Shown one piece after another: positions 1 to 9,997 of a stretch of 19,252 nucleotides of DNA (its first letter is position 1; every line of letters starts with the position of its first letter). The stretch comes from Candidatus Fraserbacteria bacterium. Lineage in GTDB: Bacteria > Bipolaricaulota > Bipolaricaulia > RBG-16-55-9. Both the position numbers and the translations under genes were made by a program. The stretch covers positions 10,827 to 30,078 of the forward strand of contig JBBIOR010000010.1 in NCBI GenBank assembly GCA_037443265.1. The letters run 5' to 3'. The notes beneath the pieces are model-generated. The model made no database searches. It had not been told where the DNA came from and was given only the letters and a program-made list of their open reading frames with translations.

Positions 1-41
1 TTTGTGAGATCCTCAACCCTCAAGACCAACTCGGCGCTCAT
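1..41 (-). CDS. 5' fragment of a probable ABC transporter ATP-binding protein (runs off the window edge)
   Basis: The reverse complement reads ATG-AGC-GCC-GAG-TTG-GTC-TTG-AGG-GTT-GAG-GAT-CTC-ACA-AA = MSAELVLRVEDLT(K/N). This matches the typical 'LxVxxLTK' first strand of ABC ATPases. An in-frame stop lies upstream. Only 13 codons are visible. Confidence 0.5.
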   Translation of the reverse strand, partial: MSAELVLRVEDLT

Positions 42-113
42 AGCCCCAAACTCTCGCCGGATGCTTCACGCTCGCCCCCGGTGCATAGCAGCCTTGATGA
101 TATTCGCGTCTAC

Positions 114-122
114 ATCTTAGCA
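114..122 (-). promoter_or_regulatory. extended -10 element (TGcTAAGAT) for the leftward gene
   Basis: The reverse complement of atcttagca is TGCTAAGAT, about 70 nt upstream of the ATG at 41. Confidence 0.4.
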
Positions 123-131
123 CATTGGATC

Positions 132-154
132 ATAACATAACGCTGTTATGCTAT
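132..154. promoter_or_regulatory. AT-rich inverted repeat, candidate transcription-factor operator
   Basis: ATAACATAAC-gct-GTTATGCTAT; the arms are complementary at 9 of 10 positions. It lies in a divergent intergenic region. Confidence 0.5.
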
Positions 155-199
155 CAGGGGGAGAGGATGAATGTCCATCCCGCCCCTAGCCCAAATGAC

Positions 200-229
200 T
201 TGTCGCTTTAAGCGCCCTGGGACTATACT
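200..229 (+). promoter_or_regulatory. sigma70-type promoter for the eno operon
   Basis: TTGTCG-N18-TATACT, ending 14 nt before the eno ATG. Confidence 0.5.
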
Positions 230-231
230 GA

Positions 232-1795
<1,564 letters not shown>

Positions 1796-1799
<4 letters not shown>

Positions 1800-4700
1800 G
1801 CTTTGTCCATCTGCACGTGCATTCAGAATATAGCTTGCTGGATGCCACCTGTCGCATCGATCAGCTCTTAGAGAAGGCAGCAGAGTTGGACATGCCCGCT
1901 CTGGCTCTTACAGATCACGGCGTGCTCTGCGGCGCGATTGAATTCTATCGTCGGGCCAAAGAACGCGGCATCCAGCCCATCATCGGCTGCGAGCTGTATG
2001 TGGCGCCCAAAAGCCGTTTCGAGAAGCGCCAGGCTGAGAAATATCATCATCTCACCGTGCTGGCCCGCAACCAGACGGGCTACAGAAATCTATTGAAGCT
2101 TAGCAGCTTGGGCTTCTTGGAAGGCTTCTACTATCGCCCTCGCGTGGATAAAGAGCTTTTGCGCCAATATCGCGAAGGCTTGCTAGCGCTCTCTGGATGC
2201 CTCAAGGCGGAGATTCCCCTTCTCCTCTTGAGAGGAGATTTCGAGGCGGCGGAGCGGAGCGCCCAGGAATTCATAGAGATCTTCGGGAAAGAGAATTTTT
2301 TCATTGAGCTGCAGGATCATGGCTTGGAAGATCAAGCCGTGCTTCGTCCCCGGCTCATCGAACTCGCTCGGCGCCTTTCTCTGCGTGTGGTGGCTACGAA
2401 CGACGTGCATTTTCTGACGCGCGCGGATCACGAGGCCCATGAAGTGTTCATCAACATCGCCTCCCGCAAGTCGAACGAACGGCGCAGCTACGGAGGGGAG
2501 TGTTATCTCAAATCGGCTGAGGAGATGGCCCGGCTCTTCCCCCCGGAAGCTCTCGAGAATACGCTCCACATTGCCGAGCTTTGTCAGCTCGCACTAGATT
2601 TCACTCAGCGCCACCTGCCTCACTTTGAGCTGCCGCCCTCGGAAGAGAGCGCGGACGCCTATCTCGAAAAGCTCGCCTGGACGGGTATACGAAGACGCTA
2701 CCCAGAGATCACGCCCGAGATCGAGGAACGCCTCAGGCACGAGCTGACCGTCATCCAGCAGACGGGCTTTGCCCCGTATTTCTTGATCGTTCAGGATCTC
2801 ATTCAATTTGCGAGATCCCGAGGGATTCCCGTAGGGCCGGGCCGAGGCTCCGCGGCGGGCAGCTTGGTCTGCTACGCTCTCGGGATCACCGATGTAGATC
2901 CCCTCAAATATGGGCTGATCTTCGAGCGATTCTTGAATCCAGATCGAATCGAGCTGCCGGATATTGACATCGATTTCTGCATGCGCCGCCGCGATGAGGT
3001 CATCCGCTATGTGGAAGAGAAGTATGGAGCCGATCGTGTGGCCCAGATCGTGACGTTCGACACCATGGCCGCGCGCAGCGCGATCCGCGATGTGGCCCGC
3101 GCCTTGGGCCTCTCTTACAGCGAGGCCGATAAGATCGCCAAGCTGATCCCCTTTGGGGCGAACTTAGAGCAGGCCCTAGCCGCGTCGCGGGAGCTGCGCG
3201 CATGCTATGAGAAAGACGAGCAGACGCGGCGACTCATCGACGTAGCGCAGAGACTCGAAGGCCTGGCGCGCAACGCAGCCACCCACGCGGCCGGCGTGGT
3301 GATCGCCCCGCAGGAGATCACAAATTATGCCCCTCTCATGAAGCTCAGCGATGGGGCCACCATCACCCAATACGACATGATCGCCCTAGGAGAGATCGGC
3401 ATGCTCAAGATGGATTTCTTGGGCCTGCGCAATCTGACTGTGATCGACGACACGCTCAAGTCCATCCGCGCGCACACCGGCCATGCGCTCTCTCTCCACG
3501 CGATTCCTCTCGGTGATGCCAAGACGTATCAGATGCTGCAAGAGGGCCGTACAGCGGGCGTCTTCCAACTGGAGGGAACCGGCATCACCGAGATGCTCAA
3601 ACGCCTGGAGCCTACGGAATTCAAAGATCTTATTGCCGTGCTGGCCCTCTATCGTCCGGGCCCGTTAGAGAGCGGCATGGCCACGGATTACATCGAGCGC
3701 AAGCACGGGCGTCAGCCGATCTCCTATCCTCACCCGAAGCTCAAGGAGATCTTAGAAGACACGTATGGTCTGCCCATATATCAGGATCAGGTGCTGATGA
3801 TGGCGCGCGTGATGGCCGGGTTCTCGCTGGCGGAGGCAGACACGCTCCGCAAGGCCATCGGGAAGAAGAACAAAGCCCTGATGGAAAAGATGAGACAAAA
3901 ATTCATCGAGGGCTGCTGGGCGAATCAAATCCCGCTCAAGAAAGCCGAAGCTCTCTTTGCCGATATCGAAAAATTCGCGCGTTATGGCTTCGTGAAGGCC
4001 CACTCCACAGCCTATGCGCTCATCTCCTACTGGACGGCCTATCTTAAAGCCAACTACCCGACACACTATCTGGCCGCCCTGCTCACCAGCGTGGCTGGCA
4101 ACGCCCATCGCGTCAGGGAGTACATCAATGAGTGCCGCCAGTTCGGCATAGAAGTCCTGCCGCCGGACATCAACGAGAGCGACTCGGACTTCACGCCGCT
4201 GGAGGGATCGAAGGGACGAGCGATTCGCTTTGGGCTGGGCGCGATCAAGAACGTGGGAGGCGGCTCCATCGCAGCCATCCTGCGGGCCCGTCAGGAAGGA
4301 CCCTTCCGGTCGTTCTTCGATTTCTGCCAGCGCGTGGATACAGACAAGATCAACCGGGAAGCGCTAGAGAGTCTGATCAAAGCCGGAGCGTTCGCGCAAT
4401 TCGGCACGCGCAAAGCTCTTATCGAACTCATCCCCCAAGGGCTGGCCCTGGCTGCCCGAGCTCAGCGGGAGCGCAAGAGCGGCCAGCGCTCCTTCTTCGG
4501 AGAGAGCGCGGTTCTGGCCATCGAAGGGGAGCAGACGAAGGCAGGAGCAGACTCGGAGGAGGAATTCTCGAAGTGGGAGCTTCTAAGCTTCGAGAAGGAG
4601 CTTCTGGGCCTTTACGTGAGCGGGCACCCTTTGGAAGATGTTGAGGATCGCTTGGCGCTGTATCGCTCCTGCACACTTTCCGCCGTCGAAGAGGCGGTGG

Positions 4701-5224
4701 AAGAGCGCGCGCTGCGCGTCTGTGGCCGAGTGGAGAGCCTCAAGATCATGCACACAAGGGGCGGCAAAGATATGGCCTTCCTCACCCTCGAAGACCTCAG
4801 CGGGCAAGCCGAGATCGTGGTCTTCCCCGCCCAGTACGAGCGCTCCCGCCCGCTGCTTAGGCGCGAGCGGTTGCTCTTCATCCAGGGGCATCTGGGAAGT
4901 CGCAATGGACGGCGAGGCTTGATTGCCGATGAGATCCTGCCTTTTGAGGAACTCGAGAAGCAGAGTGAGCTCCATCTATGGCTGGGCCTCGAGAGGATAG
5001 ATAGGGATTCGCTCACGACGCTTCGTGACATTCTGAGAAGGCACCCTGGCGAATCCAAGGTCTATTGTCATATCATCGAGGATGACGTGCGAGAGACGGT
5101 CGAGGTAGGGGGAGGTTTTCGCGTACAGCTGTCTCGCTCGCTGGTGGAGGAGTTGGGCCAGTGGCTGGGGGGGGCGGATCGGGTTCGTATTCAGACCCGT
5201 GTGCCCGTGGCAAAGAGCGCCTGA
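1796..5224 (+). CDS. dnaE: DNA polymerase III alpha subunit
   Basis: PHP domain (FVHLHVHSEYSLLD, TDHG, NDVH), GPGRGSAAGSLV, FERFLNPDR, catalytic PDIDIDF, HAAGVVI, KMDFLGL and a C-terminal OB fold. ATGA overlap with the upstream gene; 1142 aa. Confidence 0.99.
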
Positions 5225-5241
5225 AGCAGGAGGTTTCTCGC

Positions 5242-6555
5242 ATGAGGCACGTGCTGCGCCGGGTCGCCAAATGGCTCTATCCCGGCATGGGCGTCAAACG
5301 CTGGGCCCTTGTGATCGGTGCCTCCGGCCTTTTGCTTATCCTGGGGCTATTGGGGCTGATCGGCCGAGAGAACCTCAGGCTCATCTATGGACTCTTCTCC
5401 CACTCGGGCTGGTCTTTGTATGGCCTGATCACCGGATTGATCTTCGCGGGACTGGGAGGGGTGGTGTTCGGGGTCAATCAGCTCGTGCGCTCGATCATCC
5501 GGGGGGTCTCCCCGCAGTTCGAAGGGCGAGCCTCGGAGGTGATCTTCACCAAGCGCCTCTTAAGCCGCGGTCCCCACATCGTGGCTGTGGGCGGAGGGAC
5601 AGGGCTCGCCACGCTGCTGCGTGGCGTCAAAGAGCTGACGAGCAATATCACAGCGATCGTCACGGTCATGGACGATGGAGGCAGCTCAGGCCGGCTGAGA
5701 CGGGAGATGAGCATTCTGCCGCCTGGCGACATCCGCAACTGCTTGATTGCGCTCGCCGAAGATGAGTCCAAGATGGCTCAGCTCTTCCAACATCGCTTTC
5801 GCGAGGGGGGCAGCGCCCTAGATGGCCATTCGCTGGGCAATCTCGTATTGGCCGGCCTTAAGGAGATGACGGGCTCCTTCGATCGTGCGATCGAGGAGCT
5901 CAGCCTGCTGCTCAATGTGTGTGGTCAGGTCCTCCCGGCGACCCTGGAAGACGTTCAGCTGGTCGCGCAGATGGACGATGGCACCCTGATGCAGGGAGAA
6001 TGGGAGATTGCTCAGTCGGGCAAGAGAATTGTGCGCATGATGCTCTCTCGACCTCGGGTGCGCCCTTATGAGAAAGTCTGCACGGCCATTCAAGCGGCCG
6101 ATCTTATCATCCTCGGGCCTGGAAGCCTCTTTACTAGCATCATCCCCAATCTGCTCGTCGAGGAGATCGCCCAAGAGATCGAGCGTGCGCGCGCGGTCAA
6201 GTTCTACATTGCCAATCTGATGACCCAGCCCGGTGAGACCGACGGGTTCACCCTGAAAGATCATCTGAAGGCTTTGAGTGAATATATTGATCTGTCCACG
6301 TTCGATTATCTGATCGTCAATCGCCAGCCCATCCCTGAGGGACTTTTGGAGCGCTATCGGCTGGAGCGCGCGATCCCGGTGGCCATCGACGTGGACGAGC
6401 ACAACGAGTATGAACTTGAGATTGTGGGAGGCGATCTCTTGAATGTCGTGGAGATCGGAGGACAGCTCACTATCAAGCATCACCCACAGAGACTGGCGCG
6501 CCTGATCGCCAGGTGCGCCAAGGAGGCGTTCGCTCAAAGACTCAAAAGATTCTAA
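5242..6555 (+). CDS. yvcK: YvcK/GlmR family (UPF0052, CofD-like) gluconeogenesis factor with N-terminal membrane segments
   Basis: Motifs VGGGTGL, IVTVMDDGGSSGRLR, PPGDIRNC, GHSLGNL, GPGSLFTSIIPNL and NLMTQPGET. The N-terminus has 'WLYPGMGVKRW' plus two hydrophobic helices. SD AGGAGG at 5228-5233 supports ATG 5242 over the track start at 5161. Confidence 0.93.
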   Translation: MRHVLRRVAKWLYPGMGVKRWALVIGASGLLLILGLLGLIGRENLRLIYGLFSHSGWSLYGLITGLIFAGLGGVVFGVNQLVRSIIRGVSPQFEGRASEVIFTKRLLSRGPHIVAVGGGTGLATLLRGVKELTSNITAIVTVMDDGGSSGRLRREMSILPPGDIRNCLIALAEDESKMAQLFQHRFREGGSALDGHSLGNLVLAGLKEMTGSFDRAIEELSLLLNVCGQVLPATLEDVQLVAQMDDGTLMQGEWEIAQSGKRIVRMMLSRPRVRPYEKVCTAIQAADLIILGPGSLFTSIIPNLLVEEIAQEIERARAVKFYIANLMTQPGETDGFTLKDHLKALSEYIDLSTFDYLIVNRQPIPEGLLERYRLERAIPVAIDVDEHNEYELEIVGGDLLNVVEIGGQLTIKHHPQRLARLIARCAKEAFAQRLKRF

Positions 6556-6571
6556 GCGGGGAGGAGATCCT

Positions 6572-7723
6572 GTGAGACGCTACAAACTGATGATCCCCGG
6601 CCCTACCGAGATCGACCCAGAGATTCTAGCCGAGCTGGGCAAACCTTTAGTGGCCCACTATGGGTCGGAGTGGACAGGGTTCTTCAAAGAGACGGTCCGG
6701 CTTATGAAGCAAGTCATGCGGGCCGAGCGGGCGGATCTCTATCTGATCGCAGGGCCGGGAAGCGCCGCTTTAGATGCGGCCCTTGGCAACACGATCGCCG
6801 ACGGCAAGAAGATCATCATCGCAGCGAACGGCTATTTCGGAGAGCGGCTCTGTGAGATGGCCTCTTCTTATACCTCGCCGGAGCGGGTCAAGGTGGTCGA
6901 AGCCCCCTGGGGACAGGCCATAAACCCCGAGAGCTTTGAAGAGGCTCTCCGCCGCGAAAGGGATGCCAAGGTGGCCGCGGTGGTCCACTGCGAGACGTCC
7001 ACCGGCGTGCTCAATCCCGTCCGTGAGATCGCCCAGATCTGCCAGCAGTACGGGACGCTTCTCATTGTAGATGCCGTCTCTTCTCTGGGAGGCGCCGAGT
7101 TGCGCTTTGACGAATGGGGCATCGGGATCTGCGTGAGTTCCACGCAGAAGTGTTTGGAGGTGCCTCCGGGGCTGGCTCCGATTGCGATCAGCCCACAGGC
7201 ATGGGATCTCATTCAAGAGACGAAGACGTCCGGCTGGTATCTCAATCTGCGCACTTGGAGACGCTTTGGGGAAGAGTGGGGGGACTGGCACCCTCATCCC
7301 GTGACGATGCCCTCCGGGTTGGTGCAGGCACTCCATCTGAGTCTGATGCGCATCTTAAACGAGGGCTTGGAAGCGCGGTGGGAGCGCCACAGGCGCATGG
7401 CGCGCCTCTTCCGCCAGGGTCTGAGAAATCTTTGCTTTCAGTCCGTCTCTTCGGAGGAGAATGCCTCTCCGACCGTGACGGCCGTCTGGGTCCACGAGAG
7501 GCTTCCTGCGACCAGGCTCCTTCAGGCCCTCAAAGAGAGACACGGCATTCAGATTGCCGGGGGGCTTAAGCAGCTCGAAGGCAAGATCTTTCGCGTGGGC
7601 CACATGGGGCCCACAGCCACTCTCGAGGCCATTTTGCCCTTGCTATTCGGCCTTGAAGCCGCACTGCGTGAGGCGGGCGTCCCCATCGAATCAGGGCAAA
7701 GTCTCAGGAATCTAGAAATCTAG
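6572..7723 (+). CDS. PLP-dependent class V aminotransferase (alanine-glyoxylate/serine-pyruvate family)
   Basis: Motifs LMIPGPT, VHCETSTGV, VDAVSSLGG, PLP lysine in STQKCL, and FRVGHMG. GTG start with SD GGAGGAG. Confidence 0.93.
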   Translation: MRRYKLMIPGPTEIDPEILAELGKPLVAHYGSEWTGFFKETVRLMKQVMRAERADLYLIAGPGSAALDAALGNTIADGKKIIIAANGYFGERLCEMASSYTSPERVKVVEAPWGQAINPESFEEALRRERDAKVAAVVHCETSTGVLNPVREIAQICQQYGTLLIVDAVSSLGGAELRFDEWGIGICVSSTQKCLEVPPGLAPIAISPQAWDLIQETKTSGWYLNLRTWRRFGEEWGDWHPHPVTMPSGLVQALHLSLMRILNEGLEARWERHRRMARLFRQGLRNLCFQSVSSEENASPTVTAVWVHERLPATRLLQALKERHGIQIAGGLKQLEGKIFRVGHMGPTATLEAILPLLFGLEAALREAGVPIESGQSLRNLEI

Positions 7724-7732
7724 CGCTAGAGG

Positions 7733-7741
7733 TGCTATAAT
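7733..7741 (+). promoter_or_regulatory. extended -10 promoter of tRNA-Ser
   Basis: TGcTATAAT followed by a GC-rich stretch (ggcgcg), 10 nt before the tRNA. Confidence 0.7.
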
Positions 7742-7751
7742 GGCGCGAACC

Positions 7752-7838
7752 GGAGGGATGTCCGAATTGGCTAAGGAGCCGGTCTCGAAAACCGGTACGG
7801 CCCAAAAGGCCTTCGGGGTTCGAGTCCCCGTCCCTCCG
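7752..7838 (+). tRNA. tRNA-Ser (anticodon CGA)
   Basis: Acceptor GGAGGGA/TCCCTCC, anticodon arm CCGGT-CTCGAAA-ACCGG, long variable arm GGCC-CAAAA-GGCC, T arm CGGGG-TTCGAGT-CCCCG, discriminator G. CCA is not encoded (CCC follows). Confidence 0.97.
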
Positions 7839-7846
7839 CCCCAGGC

Positions 7847-8860
7847 TTAACTGAGCTGGATCTCTTCTTCTTGGATGAGACTTTCGAATTGAGCCAGGCG
7901 GCGGCGCAAGCGGCCATGCGCGAGCTTTTCCAGCGCTTCCTTCTCGATCTGGCGAATGCGCTCGCGGCTCAAATGGAAAAGCTCTCCGACTTTCTCCAGA
8001 GTCATCGGCTGCTGCCCATTTCGCAAGCCAAATCGATATTCGAGGATCCGCCGCTCTCGCTCCGTCAGTTCGCCTAGGGCCTCATAGAGTTCCTCCACGG
8101 AGAGTTCTTTGAGAGCCTCGCGAAGGGCGGAGCGATCCTCCGACCAGATGAAGTCGCCTAGAACGCTCTCCTCTTCATCGCCGACGGGCTCTTCGAACGA
8201 GCGCGTGTAGGGCGTGATCTTCTTGGCCCGCTCGATCTCCTCTTTGGGCATCTTCAGCATCTCGGCCAGCTCTTCGGTTGTGGGAGGCACGCCGTGGTTC
8301 TGAACGTACTCCTCCTCGGCCTTATAGATCTTGCGCATGAGCTCCAGCATATGGGTGGGAATGCGAATGGTGCGCGCCTTGTCCGCGATCGCTCGGGTGA
8401 TGGCCTGGCGAATCCACCACGTGGCATAGGTAGAGAATTTGTAGCCCTTGGTGTAGTCGAATTTCTCGATGGCCTTCATCAGCCCAATGTTGCCTTCCTG
8501 AATGAGATCTAGCAGGGGCAATCCAGACCCCTTGTGGCGCTTGGCGATCGAGACGACCAAGCGGAGATTGGCCAGAGCCAGCTGCTGGCGCGCCTTCTCC
8601 TCGCCCCGGGCCACGCGTTTGGCTAGCTTCACCTCCTCCTCACGGGTGAGAAGCGGCACTCGGCCGATCTCCTGCAGGTAGAGCTTCACCAAATCCTCGG
8701 AAGCGTTCGCTTCCATCTCCTCTTCTTCCATGAACTCTTCCTCCTGGTCTGCTAGTAGGGAAGGAGGCTCCGCCGTCTCTTCCGATTCCTCATCCAACAG
8801 GTCTACACTTGCAATGGTTTCACTCAGCTTCACAGTTGATCCCTTCCTATGGTTCATCAT
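7847..8860 (-). CDS. RNA polymerase sigma-70 factor, RpoD/SigA-like (group 1/2); the start may instead be GTG at 8833
   Basis: Region 1.2 ([19 protein letters not shown]), region 2 ([43 protein letters not shown]), ARTIRIP, and the region 4.2 HTH ([15 protein letters not shown]). The N-terminus is short and acidic. Confidence 0.96.
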   Translation of the reverse strand: MMNHRKGSTVKLSETIASVDLLDEESEETAEPPSLLADQEEEFMEEEEMEANASEDLVKLYLQEIGRVPLLTREEEVKLAKRVARGEEKARQQLALANLRLVVSIAKRHKGSGLPLLDLIQEGNIGLMKAIEKFDYTKGYKFSTYATWWIRQAITRAIADKARTIRIPTHMLELMRKIYKAEEEYVQNHGVPPTTEELAEMLKMPKEEIERAKKITPYTRSFEEPVGDEEESVLGDFIWSEDRSALREALKELSVEELYEALGELTERERRILEYRFGLRNGQQPMTLEKVGELFHLSRERIRQIEKEALEKLAHGRLRRRLAQFESLIQEEEIQLS

Positions 8861-8905
8861 TACACCCGTTCCCCTCTGCCCACCTAGACTTCGTCAGGCA
8901 GAACC

Positions 8906-8943
8906 AAATAAAAACTTCCCTGGCCCTACACAATAGCCAGGGA
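8906..8943 (-). terminator. intrinsic-terminator-like hairpin inside the sigma-factor 5' leader
   Basis: Minus strand reads TCCCTGGC-(11 nt)-GCCAGGGA-AG-TTTTTATTT: an 8-bp stem followed by a U-rich tract. Confidence 0.5.
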
Positions 8944-9002
8944 CCTCCTCACTCTTCTCTCGTGCCCCAATCGGCTTCCCACAGCTTGAGAAAGCGTTGG
9001 GT

Positions 9003-9031
9003 ATTGTAGCGCAAAAGCGCCCTGTTGTCAA
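9003..9031 (-). promoter_or_regulatory. near-consensus sigma70 promoter driving the sigma-factor gene
   Basis: Minus strand TTGACA-N17-TACAAT. Confidence 0.8.
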
Positions 9032-9054
9032 GAGGATAGCAGCTCGCGTAAAAT
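9025..9054 (+). promoter_or_regulatory. promoter for the MuF-motif/comEA pair
   Basis: TTGTCA-N18-TAAAAT, ending 8 nt before ATG 9063. Confidence 0.55.
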
Positions 9055-9062
9055 GGGGCTCT

Positions 9063-9647
9063 ATGAGGGGGCGGGTCCAGCAATGGGTCGACCGAATTCG
9101 AGGGCAGATCTCTTTCTATCAATACTATGCTACGGTACACCCTGAGACGTGTGAGATCTGTCTTGGCCATCACGGTGAGATCTACCCTGGGCGGGAAGGC
9201 CATCCCCAGCCTCCCCTGCATCCCGGCTGCCGGTGCACCCTGCTCGAATTCCCCTCACGGGAGCTCGAGTATTACCAGCAGCATGGGATGCGCATGAAGC
9301 AGAGAGCCCAGCTGGAGAGGGAGCGCCGCCAACTCTTCCAACGGGGATGTGAAGCCCTGAGCCGCTCTGCTGCGGAGGCGCTTACGCTCTTTGCACAATC
9401 TGTACAGATTGAAATCTATATCAGTGACATCGAAGCCCTCTGTCGTGAGCAGAGGGAAGCCCTGCGTGCCTCCGCCAGCGTCTCACGGAAGCTGCGTGAC
9501 CTCTTCCTCAAAGCCTATCGGCATAAGTTCGAGGGGGAGAAATACCAATCCATGCCGGAGGGAATGAAATCCAAGCAGCGCGTGCACGGCCTGAGCGTCA
9601 TCCAAGAGCTCTTTAAAGAGTATGCAGAAGATTCGCGAGGTGCCTGA
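9063..9647 (+). CDS. hypothetical protein with a phage head morphogenesis (MuF/SPP1 gp7)-like Cys/His motif and a helical C-terminal region
   Basis: TCEICLGHHGEIY...PPLHPGCRC resembles the MuF signature (tCxxC..G..y...PPxHPNCRC). ATG 9063 is preferred to TTG 8997 because of the promoter position. Confidence 0.7.
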   Translation: MRGRVQQWVDRIRGQISFYQYYATVHPETCEICLGHHGEIYPGREGHPQPPLHPGCRCTLLEFPSRELEYYQQHGMRMKQRAQLERERRQLFQRGCEALSRSAAEALTLFAQSVQIEIYISDIEALCREQREALRASASVSRKLRDLFLKAYRHKFEGEKYQSMPEGMKSKQRVHGLSVIQELFKEYAEDSRGA

Positions 9648-9986
9648 TTGATGATGTTCTCTCGCTTCGAGGGAGCGGTCGTGATGGGCTTGGTTGCCTT
9701 GGCGATGATTGTGCTGGGTCTTTTTTGGCTTCTGCCCTCTGCTCCGATGGATCTGTCTTCTCCGAAGGACGAGCCTTTAGATATCAATCGCGCCTCGAGC
9801 GCAGAGTTGGCGGAGCTTCCCGGCCTCGGCCCCCTGCTTGCGGAGCGTATCATCCGCTATCGCATCCTCCATGGCCCCTTCCGCTCGCTTGAGGAGTTGC
9901 TGAAGATTCCCGGCATCGGGCCAAAAACCCTGGAGAGGTTGCGCCCGTTTGTGAGAATCTGCTCTCTCCCCGCCTGCAATTCTTAA
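9648..9986 (+). CDS. comEA: ComEA-family helix-hairpin-helix DNA-binding protein, membrane anchored (start TTG 9648 or ATG 9651)
   Basis: N-terminal TM helix, then LDINRASSAELAELPGLGPLLAERIIRYR..GPFRSLEELLKIPGIGPKTLERL (tandem HhH). SD GAGGTG at 9637-9642. Confidence 0.88.
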   Translation: MMMFSRFEGAVVMGLVALAMIVLGLFWLLPSAPMDLSSPKDEPLDINRASSAELAELPGLGPLLAERIIRYRILHGPFRSLEELLKIPGIGPKTLERLRPFVRICSLPACNS

Positions 9987-9997
9987 GAGAACGGGAT

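Noticed and set aside
157..186. Hairpin GGATG-aatgtc-CATCC upstream of eno
   Set aside because: The stem is short with no U-tract, and it lies upstream of both predicted TSSs; probably chance.
5161..5241. Gly-rich N-terminal extension of YvcK
   Set aside because: It overlaps the dnaE 3' end, and a strong AGGAGG SD selects ATG 5242.
5818..6537. 239-aa antisense ORF, and similar ORFs at 10419-11021, 11112-11696 and 14418-15029
   Set aside because: They overlap well-supported genes on the opposite strand almost entirely and show no family motifs.
7752..9986. Prophage or island integrated at tRNA-Ser, suggested by the MuF-like motif
   Set aside because: I found no integrase, no duplicated tRNA 3' end (att site), no other phage genes and no evident compositional shift.
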